From: Candidatus Xenobia bacterium
GTDB taxonomy: Bacteria; Vulcanimicrobiota; Xenobia; Xenobiales; QWHO01
DNA: 64,000 nucleotides
Direction: 5' to 3'
Assembly (NCBI GenBank): GCA_045863235.1
Contig: BTUM01000028.1
Location: forward strand, 1-64,000
The translations under genes and the position numbers were made by a program. Under the pieces are notes generated by a model that saw only the letters and a list, made by a program, of their open reading frames with translations, made no database searches and was not told where the DNA came from. Numbering within the stretch: position 1 is the first letter of the stretch; the number at the start of each line of letters is the position of its first letter. Shown piece by piece: positions 34,555 through 43,824 of the stretch.

Positions 34555-35172
34555 CTACCAGTCGAACACGACTGGCTCGTGAACCGGCTGGTAGCGTAGA
34601 TCGCAGATGCTGGCGTTGACATAGGTGGTGTGCTCGTCTCTGGTGACCCCGTAGCCCTCGTGGATGTGCCCGAAGAGGTGCAGGCGAGGGCGCACGATTT
34701 TCAGGCGCTCCTTGAGGTCGGCGCAGCCCACCGGGCGGCCGTCGAAGGTGCGGTCGCCGTGGCCCAGGGGAGGGCCGTGGGTGATCAAGACGTCCGTGTC
34801 CTCGGGGATTTTCGCCCACACGCGGGCCAGGGCAGGACCCCGGTCGAGGTTGAAGGCCCAGTCGCAAAAGCGCGGCTGCCAGGGGCTGCCATAGAGCTTG
34901 ATCCCTTCCAGCTCCAGGGCCTCGTCCTGCAGGTAGTGGGCGGCGGTGATCAAAGCGCGGGCCGCCTCCAGCTCCCGCTCGAAGCAGAAATCGTGATTGC
35001 CCGCGATGACCACCTTGTGGCGGTGGGGAAGCTCTTGGAGCCAGCGGTTGAAGTGCCGCACGTCGGCGAGCGAGCCATGCACCGTCAGGTCGCCCGCGTG
35101 CAGCAAAAAATCTCCGTCGGGAACCTCGAAACGATGACGGCAGTGGGTATCGCTGACGAGAACCAGCCTCAC
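34555..35172 (-). CDS. Calcineurin-like metallophosphoesterase
   Basis: SDTH, HAGD, AGNHD, ITHGPP, FGHIHE; GTGA overlap with the upstream gene. Confidence 0.92.
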   Translation of the reverse strand: MRLVLVSDTHCRHRFEVPDGDFLLHAGDLTVHGSLADVRHFNRWLQELPHRHKVVIAGNHDFCFERELEAARALITAAHYLQDEALELEGIKLYGSPWQPRFCDWAFNLDRGPALARVWAKIPEDTDVLITHGPPLGHGDRTFDGRPVGCADLKERLKIVRPRLHLFGHIHEGYGVTRDEHTTYVNASICDLRYQPVHEPVVFDW

Positions 35173-35750
35173 CAGCTCGCTTCGACCGCCAGCCCGATCT
35201 CGCCCAGGTCCTCGAAGGTGAGCAGGCGGGTCTTCAGTCCGGCCTTGCTGCACACCCCCAGAAAGTGGTTCATCTCCCCGGGCAGCTTCAGGCCGCGGTT
35301 GAGCCAGCGCGACAGGCCCGTGCGCTGGGCCAGCTGCTCGCGCACCGTGCGCACCCACTTGAGGGCCGGGCGAGGAGCGATGTCGGTCACCCCCAGCTCG
35401 GCCAGGATGTCGTGCACCTGGCCGAAGTTGAGCGGCCCCAGGCCGCGCAGAGCCGGATAGCGGTCGTTGGCGGGGTCGCTCATGATCTGCCGCAAATCCT
35501 CGAGGATGGCCTGGCGCAGGTCATACGAGCAGCCCACCACCTGCAGCACCAGGACCGAGTCGTAGCCTCGCTGGGAGGCGTCACGCACCTTCCCCTGGAG
35601 GGCCTCCTCGGCCTCGGCGATCCAGGACGCCAGGGCGTCCTCGGCCATCAGCTCACGACGCCTGGCCGCGTTGCGCACCAGGTCGATCTTCTCGTGCATC
35701 AGCTGGTCTTTGGCCTTCTTGGCGCTCTTGCGCAGATCGTCCACGTCCAT
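35169..35750 (-). CDS. Hypothetical protein
   Basis: 193-aa ORF with typical codon usage, coupled to the phosphoesterase. Confidence 0.7.
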   Translation of the reverse strand: MDVDDLRKSAKKAKDQLMHEKIDLVRNAARRRELMAEDALASWIAEAEEALQGKVRDASQRGYDSVLVLQVVGCSYDLRQAILEDLRQIMSDPANDRYPALRGLGPLNFGQVHDILAELGVTDIAPRPALKWVRTVREQLAQRTGLSRWLNRGLKLPGEMNHFLGVCSKAGLKTRLLTFEDLGEIGLAVEASW

Positions 35751-35915
35751 CAGAGCAAGCCTTTCGAGGCTTCCGGCCCGGGACCCTTGGTCGGGCGGTC
35801 GGGAATGGTTGCTGTTCCGGCCCTCAACTGGGGTTTCGGCAGGAGTTTCGCCTTCGTGAAAGACTTCAAAGAACCAGCTGGCGAGCTTTTCTCGTTCGGC
35901 CCGGACACCCTGAGA

Positions 35916-38900
35916 TCACACCAACGCAAAGACCTCTCTTCCCAGCGGCCTTGCATCCTGCAAGAGAAGGCAGCGGTGATAGCGCCCGGCCCGCTCCACC
36001 AGCCCGCTCACGATCACCGCGCCCTCGCGCCCCACGATGGTCTTGAAGCGCTCGTAGACGGGCGGCGGCAGCACGCACTGGACCCGCTCGGTCTCGTCCT
36101 CCAGGAGCAGGAACATCACCCCGTTGGCCGTGGGCGGGCGCTGGCGCAGCACCACCAGGCCGGCCAGGGTGATGCGGGCTTTGTCCTCGGCGCTGTGCAG
36201 GGCGGCGATGGGGGAGATGCCCCGCTCCTGGAGCCAGGGGCGGTGGCGGGCCAGGGGATGCTCGCGGGGGCTGAAGCCCTGGGTGGAGTAGTCCCAGGTC
36301 AGGGCCAGCTCGGTCGGGAGTGGCTCCAGGGCGGGCAGCAGGGCGGGATCGACCAGCTCCACCACCAGCGGCAGCTGCTCGGGGCGCTCGGCGCGGGCGC
36401 GCAGGCGCCGGCTGCGGGCCGCGCGGGGGCCTCCGAAGGGCCCTCCCGGTTGCAGCCGGGGGGCCTCCACGAAGCGGCCCGAGGCCCGGGCCCGGAACAG
36501 GCCCACCCGCCACAGCGCCTCGCGCCGCTCGTGGCGCGCGTCGAAGGCGCCGGCCCGGGCCAGGCTCTCCCACAGGTCGACGGGCAGCTCCACCCGGGCC
36601 AGCAGCTCGTCCAGCGTGCCCGCCCGGCGGCGCACGAAGCGGGTGGCCAGCTCGGGCGAGAAGCCCGTGACCGCGGTCAGGGGCAGGCGGATGGCCGTTT
36701 TCCCCTGCCAGGGCTCCAGCGAGTAGCGCACCCCCGAGCGCCAGGCGTCCACCGGCAGGATGGGTACCCCCATGGGGCGGATCTCCTCGAGCACCGTGCT
36801 GCGCGGGAAAAAGCCCGGCAGGTGCTGCAAGAAGGCGGCCATGTAGGCGGCCGGATGGTGGCGCTTGAGGTAGGCCGAGTGGTAGACGGTGCGGGCGAAA
36901 GCAGCCGCGTGCGAACGGCAGAAGCCGTAGCCCACGAAGGCCGAAACCTGGCGGAATACTTCCTCGGCCAGCTCGAGCGAGACGCCCTGCGTCTTGCGGG
37001 CCCCCTCCACGAAGGCTGCCCGCATCTCTTGCATGCTGCCCGGGTCGCGGAACTTGCTCATCAGGCGGCGGAACTCGTCCGCCTGATCGAGCGACATGCC
37101 CGCGAACTGGTGGGAGATCTCCAGCACCTGCTCCTGGAACAGGATCACCCCGAAGGTGTCGGCCAGGATCGGTTCCAGGCTGGGATGGGGATAGCTCACC
37201 GGCTGGTTGCCGCAGAGCCGCTCGACGTAAGGGTTGACCATCTTGCCCTGGAGCGGCCCGGGGCGAAACAGGGCCACCTGGGCCACCAGGTCGCGGAACT
37301 TGCCCGGCTGGGTGCGCGAGATCAGGCTGACCTGGCCGGGGCTCTCGATCTGAAACAGGCTCAGCGTCTTGCCCGAGCGGATCAGCTCGAAGGTGGGCTC
37401 GTCGTCGAGGCTCAGCTCGTCTAAGGGGATCTCGGTGCCGTCGCAGGCGCGCTGCAGCTCGAGCGCCTCGGAGAGCACCGCCAGCATGCGCAGGCCCAGC
37501 ACGTCGAACTTGATCAGCCCCAGCGCCTCGATGTCGTCCTTGTCGAACTGCAGCTGGCGCACCCCGCCCGAGGAGGTCTGCACGGGCGAGAAGCGGCTCA
37601 GGGGCTCGCGGGCCAGTACCACCCCGCCGCTGTGCAGGCCCAGGTGGCGTGGGCAGCCCTGCAGCTTCTCGACGAGGCGAAACAGCACCGCGATCATCGC
37701 TTCGCCCCCCAGCACGGCGGCCAGTTCGGCGCGCCGGCCGCGCAGGTCGTCGAGGTCATCCCAGTGCCCTACCAGCCGTCCGGCCCGGTCCACCTGCTCG
37801 GGGGTGTAGCCGAGCACCTTGAGCATGTCGCGCATGGCCAGCTTGAGCCGGTAGGTGATGACATTGGCGGTCATGGCGCTGTGCTCGACCCCGAAGCGGC
37901 GCTCCATCCAGGCGATCACCTCCTCGCGCCGTTCCGAGTCGAAGTCCACGTCGATGTCGGGCATGCCCTTGCGACCGCGGTGCAGGAAGCGCTCGAAGAG
38001 CAGGTTGTGGGCCAGCGGATCCACGGCCGTGATGCCCAGCAGGTAGGCGATGATGGAGTTGGCCGCCGAGCCTCGACCGGCGCAACGGATGCCCTGCGCG
38101 CGGGCAAAGTCGACCACCTCGCGCACCACCAGGAAGAACTCCTCCAGCTCCAGGGCCCCCACCACCTCCAACTCGTGCTCGAGCTGGCGGCGGGCCGCCT
38201 CGCTGCGGGAGATCGCTTCGCCCTCTGTCTGTCTGGCGTAGAGCCGTTGCCAGCCCTGCAGGCAGAGCTCGCGCAGGTACTCGTCCGGCTTGCGGCCCGG
38301 GGGCAGGAGGGCGGTGGGAGGCGTGATCTCCTCGGCCAGAAGCTCCATCTGACAGCGCTCGGCCACCTCCAGGGTGTGCTCGAGGGCCTCGGGGTATGGC
38401 AGGAGCCGGGCCAGCTCGGAGGCGGGGCACAACCAGGCGCTGTCGTTCACCGGGCGCTCGCGGTGGGGATCGCCCACGCTCAGCCCCAGCCGCACGCAGG
38501 TGAGGGCGTCGTAGACGGCATAGTCGTCGGCCTCGGCGTAGCGCACCGCGTTGCTGGCCACGGTGGGGAGGCCCAGCCGGGCGGCCAGGCGGTGCAGCCG
38601 GGCGGCCGCCTCGCCATCGCCCGGCTGCTGGCGGTGGACCAGCTCGACGTAGAGCCGGTCGGGAAAGTGCTCGCGCAGTCGGGAGAGCCAGCGGTCGGCC
38701 TGCTCGCTCTGGCGCTGGCGCAGCAGGCGGTCGAGCTTGCCTTCGGGTCCGCCCGTCAGGCACAGCATCGAGCCCGTGCGCCCGGCCAGCTCCTCCAGGC
38801 TCAGCGAGCGGGGCTCTTGCTTGCCCGGGGGCACCAGCTCGGGAGCCCGGGCCAGCCGCTCGCCGGGCCTTTCCAACTGCTCGGCCGTGAACCCGTGCGC

Positions 38901-39173
38901 CAGGCTGCACAACTGGCAGAGCTGCTGGTAGCCCTGGCGGTCGGTCACCAGCAGCACCAGCAGAGCCTCCTCCACCCGCAGGCTGGCCCCGAAGATCGGC
39001 TGCACCTCGTGCTTGCGGCAGGCGGCCGCAAAGCGCACCAGCCCGTAGACCCCGAAGAGGTCGGTCAGGGCCAGCGCCGTCTGGCCCAGGCGCCGGGCCT
39101 GGCGCACCAGGGCCTCGGGCGACGAGCCCCCGGCCAGGAACGAGAACCAGCTACGGGCATGCAGGTGGACCAC
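35916..39173 (-). CDS. dnaE2: Error-prone DNA polymerase III alpha subunit, DnaE2/ImuC type
   Basis: PHP HLHARSWFSFL, GRGSAANS, PDIDVDF, PRHLGLHSGG, KFDVLGL, YGFCRSHAAAFA, OB-fold RQRPPTANGVMFLLLEDE. Confidence 0.9.
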   Translation of the reverse strand: MVHLHARSWFSFLAGGSSPEALVRQARRLGQTALALTDLFGVYGLVRFAAACRKHEVQPIFGASLRVEEALLVLLVTDRQGYQQLCQLCSLAHGFTAEQLERPGERLARAPELVPPGKQEPRSLSLEELAGRTGSMLCLTGGPEGKLDRLLRQRQSEQADRWLSRLREHFPDRLYVELVHRQQPGDGEAAARLHRLAARLGLPTVASNAVRYAEADDYAVYDALTCVRLGLSVGDPHRERPVNDSAWLCPASELARLLPYPEALEHTLEVAERCQMELLAEEITPPTALLPPGRKPDEYLRELCLQGWQRLYARQTEGEAISRSEAARRQLEHELEVVGALELEEFFLVVREVVDFARAQGIRCAGRGSAANSIIAYLLGITAVDPLAHNLLFERFLHRGRKGMPDIDVDFDSERREEVIAWMERRFGVEHSAMTANVITYRLKLAMRDMLKVLGYTPEQVDRAGRLVGHWDDLDDLRGRRAELAAVLGGEAMIAVLFRLVEKLQGCPRHLGLHSGGVVLAREPLSRFSPVQTSSGGVRQLQFDKDDIEALGLIKFDVLGLRMLAVLSEALELQRACDGTEIPLDELSLDDEPTFELIRSGKTLSLFQIESPGQVSLISRTQPGKFRDLVAQVALFRPGPLQGKMVNPYVERLCGNQPVSYPHPSLEPILADTFGVILFQEQVLEISHQFAGMSLDQADEFRRLMSKFRDPGSMQEMRAAFVEGARKTQGVSLELAEEVFRQVSAFVGYGFCRSHAAAFARTVYHSAYLKRHHPAAYMAAFLQHLPGFFPRSTVLEEIRPMGVPILPVDAWRSGVRYSLEPWQGKTAIRLPLTAVTGFSPELATRFVRRRAGTLDELLARVELPVDLWESLARAGAFDARHERREALWRVGLFRARASGRFVEAPRLQPGGPFGGPRAARSRRLRARAERPEQLPLVVELVDPALLPALEPLPTELALTWDYSTQGFSPREHPLARHRPWLQERGISPIAALHSAEDKARITLAGLVVLRQRPPTANGVMFLLLEDETERVQCVLPPPVYERFKTIVGREGAVIVSGLVERAGRYHRCLLLQDARPLGREVFALV

Positions 39174-39214
39174 CCGGTCAGCCGGAACAATACGTTAAGT
39201 TTCTCATTGTCGTG

Positions 39215-39244
39215 AGCATAGCAGTTTTCCTGGTTGTTCGTCAA
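39215..39244 (-). promoter_or_regulatory. Sigma70-type promoter for dnaE2
   Basis: TTGACG-18 nt-TATGCT with extended TG, AT-rich upstream element. Confidence 0.6.
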
Positions 39245-39258
39245 ATTTAATAATATTT

Positions 39259-39287
39259 TTGGCTGCAAAAGGGGCGACTGCTATACT
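39259..39287 (+). promoter_or_regulatory. Divergent sigma70-type promoter
   Basis: TTGGCT-17 nt-TATACT with extended TG. Confidence 0.5.
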
Positions 39288-39406
39288 CATGCCGCATGGG
39301 ACTCGGCGCCTCGGTCATGTGCCAGTGCTTCCGGCTTGGTCTTTGCTCTACGCCTCCCGTGGATGCGAGTCGGATCCGGCGAAACCGGAAATCCCGTGCG
39401 CTGGTG

Positions 39407-40546
39407 CTAACTCTCCAGACGGGCAGCCAGGTCGCCCAACCCGATGAAACGAATCGGCAGGCCACCCATGGTGTGCTGGAAGGCAGGGTCGACATCCGAG
39501 GCTACCACCAGGTTCTCGCCCTCAGGATACTGCTGGCGAAAAGCACGCAGATTCCTGACATCGTAACCCCGGCTCGACCACTTGCACTCCAGGGCCGTCA
39601 CCTGGTTGTGGCGGCCGGGCAAGACGAAGTCGACCTCATGCCCGCGCTTATCGCGCCAGTAGTGAACCCGAGTGCGCCGGGAACGCGCGTGGATCTCGTT
39701 AAATACGTAGTGCTCCCAGAGGTTGCCGAGATCCTCCGGGCGTAGCTCGCCCCAGCCCCTATAGTGGCAAACGAATCCCGTGTCGAATCCGTAGACTTTC
39801 GGGGCCGAGACGATCTCCGTACTGCGCCGCGTCGAGAACGGTCGCACCAGATGAACGACGTTCGTCGCATCCAGGACATCCAGGTAGTTGGTCACGGTAG
39901 GACGGCTGATCTCGCAGGGAGCGGCGAAGCGAGTGGCCTCGAACACCCCTCCACTTTGAGTGAGCAAGAGCTCCATCAAGCGTTGAAAGCCCCACCGCCG
40001 CTCCAGCCGAAAAAGCTCCTGAATGTCGCGCGCCCAGAAGGATTCCAGCCATTCCTCAAAATCGTGCTCGGCCCGTCCCGAGCTCAGAAAGAAGGGCGGC
40101 AACCCGCCCCGACCAAGCCTCCGCTTCAGGTCCGTCTCGCCAAAGTCGACCAGGTCCGCGCTCATCATCGGAGTGAGCCAGACATCGCTCTTGCGTCCTG
40201 TGAGCGTGTCGCGGAACCTGGTGGATGCCTGCAGGGTGGATGACCCGGTGGCGATGACCCGGGTATCGGGGTAGTGATCGGCGGCAATCTTCAGCATTTC
40301 CGAAGGGTTCTGCAGGCGCTGGATCTCGTCCAGGACGACCTTTTTGCCTCGCAGCGAGCCAAGAAACGACTCCGGGTCCTCCAGCATGCGTCGGACTCGA
40401 GCAAGCTCGCAATCAAAGTACTCGACCTCGGGCAGGCTCTGGCAGAGCACGGTCTTGCCTGAGCGCCGCACGCCATGCAGCCAGACCACCGACCGTCTCT
40501 CCAGGGCCCGCTCGAGGGCTTGGAGCCAGAACGAGCGGATCTTCAT
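39407..40546 (-). CDS. AAA_14 ATPase with DUF4143 C-terminal domain
   Basis: GVRRSGKT, LDEIQ, ATGSS, LTGR, GGLP, PKVYGFDTG, YWRDKRGHEVDFV..ECK. Confidence 0.9.
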   Translation of the reverse strand: MKIRSFWLQALERALERRSVVWLHGVRRSGKTVLCQSLPEVEYFDCELARVRRMLEDPESFLGSLRGKKVVLDEIQRLQNPSEMLKIAADHYPDTRVIATGSSTLQASTRFRDTLTGRKSDVWLTPMMSADLVDFGETDLKRRLGRGGLPPFFLSSGRAEHDFEEWLESFWARDIQELFRLERRWGFQRLMELLLTQSGGVFEATRFAAPCEISRPTVTNYLDVLDATNVVHLVRPFSTRRSTEIVSAPKVYGFDTGFVCHYRGWGELRPEDLGNLWEHYVFNEIHARSRRTRVHYWRDKRGHEVDFVLPGRHNQVTALECKWSSRGYDVRNLRAFRQQYPEGENLVVASDVDPAFQHTMGGLPIRFIGLGDLAARLES

Positions 40547-40756
40547 GTAATCAGTATTGCATAAAGTGCTACTCAATGCAAAAGTGTTTTCACTCGGCCC
40601 AAGTTGAAAGCATTCCTGAAGCGGTGGGCTGCTCCTGGGCTGGGCTCCCGGCTGCTCGTAGGCGACCTGGTCGCAGGTGTGAATGCTGGCTCTCTTTGGT
40701 GTTGGTATTGGGCGCCCGCGTAGGGGTCACACCACCGCACAGGGAAATCTACTCCC

Positions 40757-41278
40757 ATGAGTCTGGCCCTGCCCACCGGAGTTGACCGCTTTGAGATCGT
40801 GCGAGGAGAAGTCGTTGCTTTGAGCCCCACTGGAGGCACCCATGGTCAGGTAGAATGCAATGCCCTGCTGGTTCTTGCTGGCCCGGTCAAGGCGCAGAGA
40901 TTGGGCAGGCTCTATGTCGGGGAAGTCGGGGTGGTCATCGAGCAAGACCCTCTGACCGTTCGAGGAGCCGACGTGGCTTTCGTTCACCGCGACCAGGGAC
41001 CGGTCGCAACCAGCCCGGAAGGCTATCTTCTGACTCCTCCGGCCCTGGTGGTCGAAGTGCTGTCTCCCAATGACCGCGCCAGTGAGGTCGAGGGCAAGGT
41101 CCAGGAATACCTGCAGGCCGGGGTCCAGGTCGTTCTGCTGCTCGATCCACAGAACCTGTGCGCAACGCTGGCTCGCCCCAATTCTACCAGGCTTGTTCTG
41201 CAAGCCAACGAGCGTCTCGAGCTGCCCGAGTTGCTGCCCGACTGGTCGGTGGCGGTGGGGGAGTTCTTCGAGGAGTAG
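40757..41278 (+). CDS. Uma2 (DUF820) family endonuclease-fold protein
   Basis: EIVRGEV..SPT..HG, RGADVAFV, PALVVEVLSPND, KVQEYLQAGV..V.LLDP. Confidence 0.92.
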   Translation: MSLALPTGVDRFEIVRGEVVALSPTGGTHGQVECNALLVLAGPVKAQRLGRLYVGEVGVVIEQDPLTVRGADVAFVHRDQGPVATSPEGYLLTPPALVVEVLSPNDRASEVEGKVQEYLQAGVQVVLLLDPQNLCATLARPNSTRLVLQANERLELPELLPDWSVAVGEFFEE

Positions 41279-41408
41279 CCTCGAGCCTGGGAACCACCTG
41301 GCCCGGGCCGCTCTGGCAAGTGGGTAGACCGACCTCTCAGCCCTTCGGAGGCAGAAACCTCTTCACGCCAGGAGTGACCATCCCTTACGGCGTCGAAGCT
41401 TGCTGTCC

Positions 41409-42734
41409 ATGGCGCGCCTTTTCATCCTGCTGGTCCTGCTCGTCTCCATCGCCCGAGCCGAGTCCCAGCTCGACCCGGTGCAGATCAAGATCCTCACCGA
41501 TCCCCCCGGGGCCGAAGTCATTCTCGAGCGTCGCGGGGCGCTCGACCCCAACGACCGCACCTCGGTGGGAACGAGCGGCACCAGGCCTCTGATCCTGCGA
41601 GTGCCCCGCGAGCAGAAGACCGTGACCCTGCACCTGGAGCACTGGCTGTGCGAGCCGCGCATCGTCACCCTGGAGCTCGACCCCTACCGGGCCAACCTCA
41701 AAGATACCTACGGGCCCGAGAAGCTGCAGTACCGCTCCTGGGCCCACGCTCTGCTCGACAAGCTGCAGTCCTGGGTGACCGCCCTGCTGGCCCTGGTGCT
41801 GGTGGCCGTGGGGCTGTACGTGCGCCAGTGGCGTCAGGCGGACCGGATGCGCCGTCAGGCCGCCCTCGATTCGGCCCGGGCCGGCGAGATCCTCAACCTC
41901 ATCGTGCCCGCCGCCGGTGACCCGATGGTGGGGGCGCGGCTGGACGTCTACCGGCTCACCGAGAAGCTGGGCCAGGGCGGCATGGCTCGCGTCTACAAAG
42001 GGCAGCCTGAGGGCGGGAGCGAGCACGAGGCGGTGGCCATCAAGATCCTGGACGCCGAGCTGGCCACCGAGGAGCAGTTCGTGCGCCGTTTCAACCGCGA
42101 GAAGGACGTCTACGCCGACCTCAACCACCCCAACATCGTGCGCGTGTTGGGTTTTGGAACCTTCCAGGAGCACTATTACCTGGTGATGGAGCTGATTCGC
42201 GGCACAACTCTGCGCAAGCACATCACCGGGCAGGGGATTCCCCCGGACAAGGTCCTGCGCTACCTGCGCCCGGTCTTCCAGGCCGTGGCCTACGCCCACT
42301 CGCGAGGAATCGTGCACCGTGACCTCAAGCCTGAGAACATCATGGTGACCGACGGCGGGCGCATCAAGGTCATGGACTTCGGCATGGCCGCCGGGCAGGC
42401 ATATTCGGCCGTCACGGTGACCGGCTCGCTGCTGGGCACCCCGGTCTATATGGCCCCCGAGCAGGCTCAGGGGCAGCTGGATCCGCGCTCGGACCAGTAC
42501 GCGCTGGGCATCATGGTGTACGAGATGCTCACCGGCAAGCCACCCTTTTTGGACGATAACCCCGTCAATATCGTGCTCAAGCACCTGGGCGAGGAGCCCC
42601 CCTCGCTGGCCGAGATCCGACCCGAATTCGAGGGGGTGGCCCCGGTGGTGCAGCGCATGCTGGCCAAGTCGCCCGACGATCGCTACCCCGATGTCGAGCA
42701 GGCCCTGGCCGCGCTCGAGAAGGTGCTCCGATGA
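41409..42734 (+). CDS. Membrane Hanks-type Ser/Thr protein kinase with extracellular PEGA-like domain
   Basis: Signal peptide, [10 protein letters not shown], then [40 protein letters not shown]. Confidence 0.93.
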   Translation: MARLFILLVLLVSIARAESQLDPVQIKILTDPPGAEVILERRGALDPNDRTSVGTSGTRPLILRVPREQKTVTLHLEHWLCEPRIVTLELDPYRANLKDTYGPEKLQYRSWAHALLDKLQSWVTALLALVLVAVGLYVRQWRQADRMRRQAALDSARAGEILNLIVPAAGDPMVGARLDVYRLTEKLGQGGMARVYKGQPEGGSEHEAVAIKILDAELATEEQFVRRFNREKDVYADLNHPNIVRVLGFGTFQEHYYLVMELIRGTTLRKHITGQGIPPDKVLRYLRPVFQAVAYAHSRGIVHRDLKPENIMVTDGGRIKVMDFGMAAGQAYSAVTVTGSLLGTPVYMAPEQAQGQLDPRSDQYALGIMVYEMLTGKPPFLDDNPVNIVLKHLGEEPPSLAEIRPEFEGVAPVVQRMLAKSPDDRYPDVEQALAALEKVLR

Positions 42735-43399
42735 CCCGTCGAGCCTACTCGCTGATCGAGATCATCTTCTCTCTGGCCCTGATCGGGCTGGTCGCGGGGC
42801 TCAGCCTGGGCTTTCTGTTCCCGGCCTTGCGCGCTTCGGTGCGGGGCACGCTGCGGGTGGAGATGCAGCAGCAGGCGGTCACGGCCCTCAACCGGCTGTG
42901 CGGCGACGTGCGCCGCACCTCGGTGGCGGGCTTGAGCCTGCGAAGCGGCACTCCTCCCATCGCCGTGGCCGCTTGCCCGGTCAGCGGACCCGACCTGCGG
43001 CTCGGGCAGGCCGGCCCCCTGCAGCCGGACGGAACGGTGGTCTGGAGCGACTTTTTCATCCTCTACTACCTGGACGAGACCAGCCGCAAGCTCATGCGCC
43101 GCGAGTGGCCCCCCGGTCCTCCGGCCGCCACCACCGAGGAGACGACCATCGTCAAGCCGCGCCGGCTCTCCCCGGCCCGGCTGGCCCAGATTGTGGCCCA
43201 GCCCGGGAGCAATGAGATGGTGCTGGCCACCGAGGTGACGCGCTTTGAGATCGAGCATGCTCCCGGAGGCAGCGATGGCGAGGTGAAGCAGCCCATTCGG
43301 TTCCGCCTGGTGCTCGAGCGGCGAGGCAACACCGGGCACCAGAGCCAGGAGCGCTTTATCTATACCCGCTCGGTCTTCTTGAGGAACCAGAAGACGTGA
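42731..43399 (+). CDS. Prepilin-type (PilW/PulJ-like) protein
   Basis: RRA|YSLIEIIFSLALIGLV class III-like signal; C-terminal RSVFLRN; ATGA overlap with the kinase. Confidence 0.8.
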   Translation: MTRRAYSLIEIIFSLALIGLVAGLSLGFLFPALRASVRGTLRVEMQQQAVTALNRLCGDVRRTSVAGLSLRSGTPPIAVAACPVSGPDLRLGQAGPLQPDGTVVWSDFFILYYLDETSRKLMRREWPPGPPAATTEETTIVKPRRLSPARLAQIVAQPGSNEMVLATEVTRFEIEHAPGGSDGEVKQPIRFRLVLERRGNTGHQSQERFIYTRSVFLRNQKT

Positions 43400-43821
43400 G
43401 CCGACGGGGCGTCTCGCTGGTCGAGCTGATCTTCACGGCCACCTTGTTGTCGCTGGTCTTCCTGGTGCTGCTGAGCCTGCTGCCCAGCAGCCTGATGAGC
43501 GTGCGCCAGGGCGAGCACCGCCTGCACGCCAACGCGCTGGCCCAGGCCATTCTGGACGAGTGCGCCTCGGGTCCCTTCGCCGATCTGGAGGTGGACCGGA
43601 CCTACCTGCCCTCCTCTCCCGGGCCTCTGGGTCAGATGCTGCAGCGACAGCAGCTTCGGCTCGACGACGGCACGGTCTTCGAGCCCACGCTGGAGGTATC
43701 CGGCGTCCCTGGAATCGCCCGCACCAGCCTGGCCCACGTGCGCATCACGCTGACCTGGAAGGAGAAGACCAGCCGACCGGTCGTGGTGCGCGAGCTGGAC
43801 ATCTCCAGCATCCTGCGCTGA
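43396..43821 (+). CDS. Prepilin-type (PilV/PulI-like) protein
   Basis: RRG|VSLVELIFTATLL; C-terminal VRITLTWKE; GTGA overlap. Confidence 0.8.
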   Translation: MSRRGVSLVELIFTATLLSLVFLVLLSLLPSSLMSVRQGEHRLHANALAQAILDECASGPFADLEVDRTYLPSSPGPLGQMLQRQQLRLDDGTVFEPTLEVSGVPGIARTSLAHVRITLTWKEKTSRPVVVRELDISSILR

Positions 43822-43824
43822 AGC

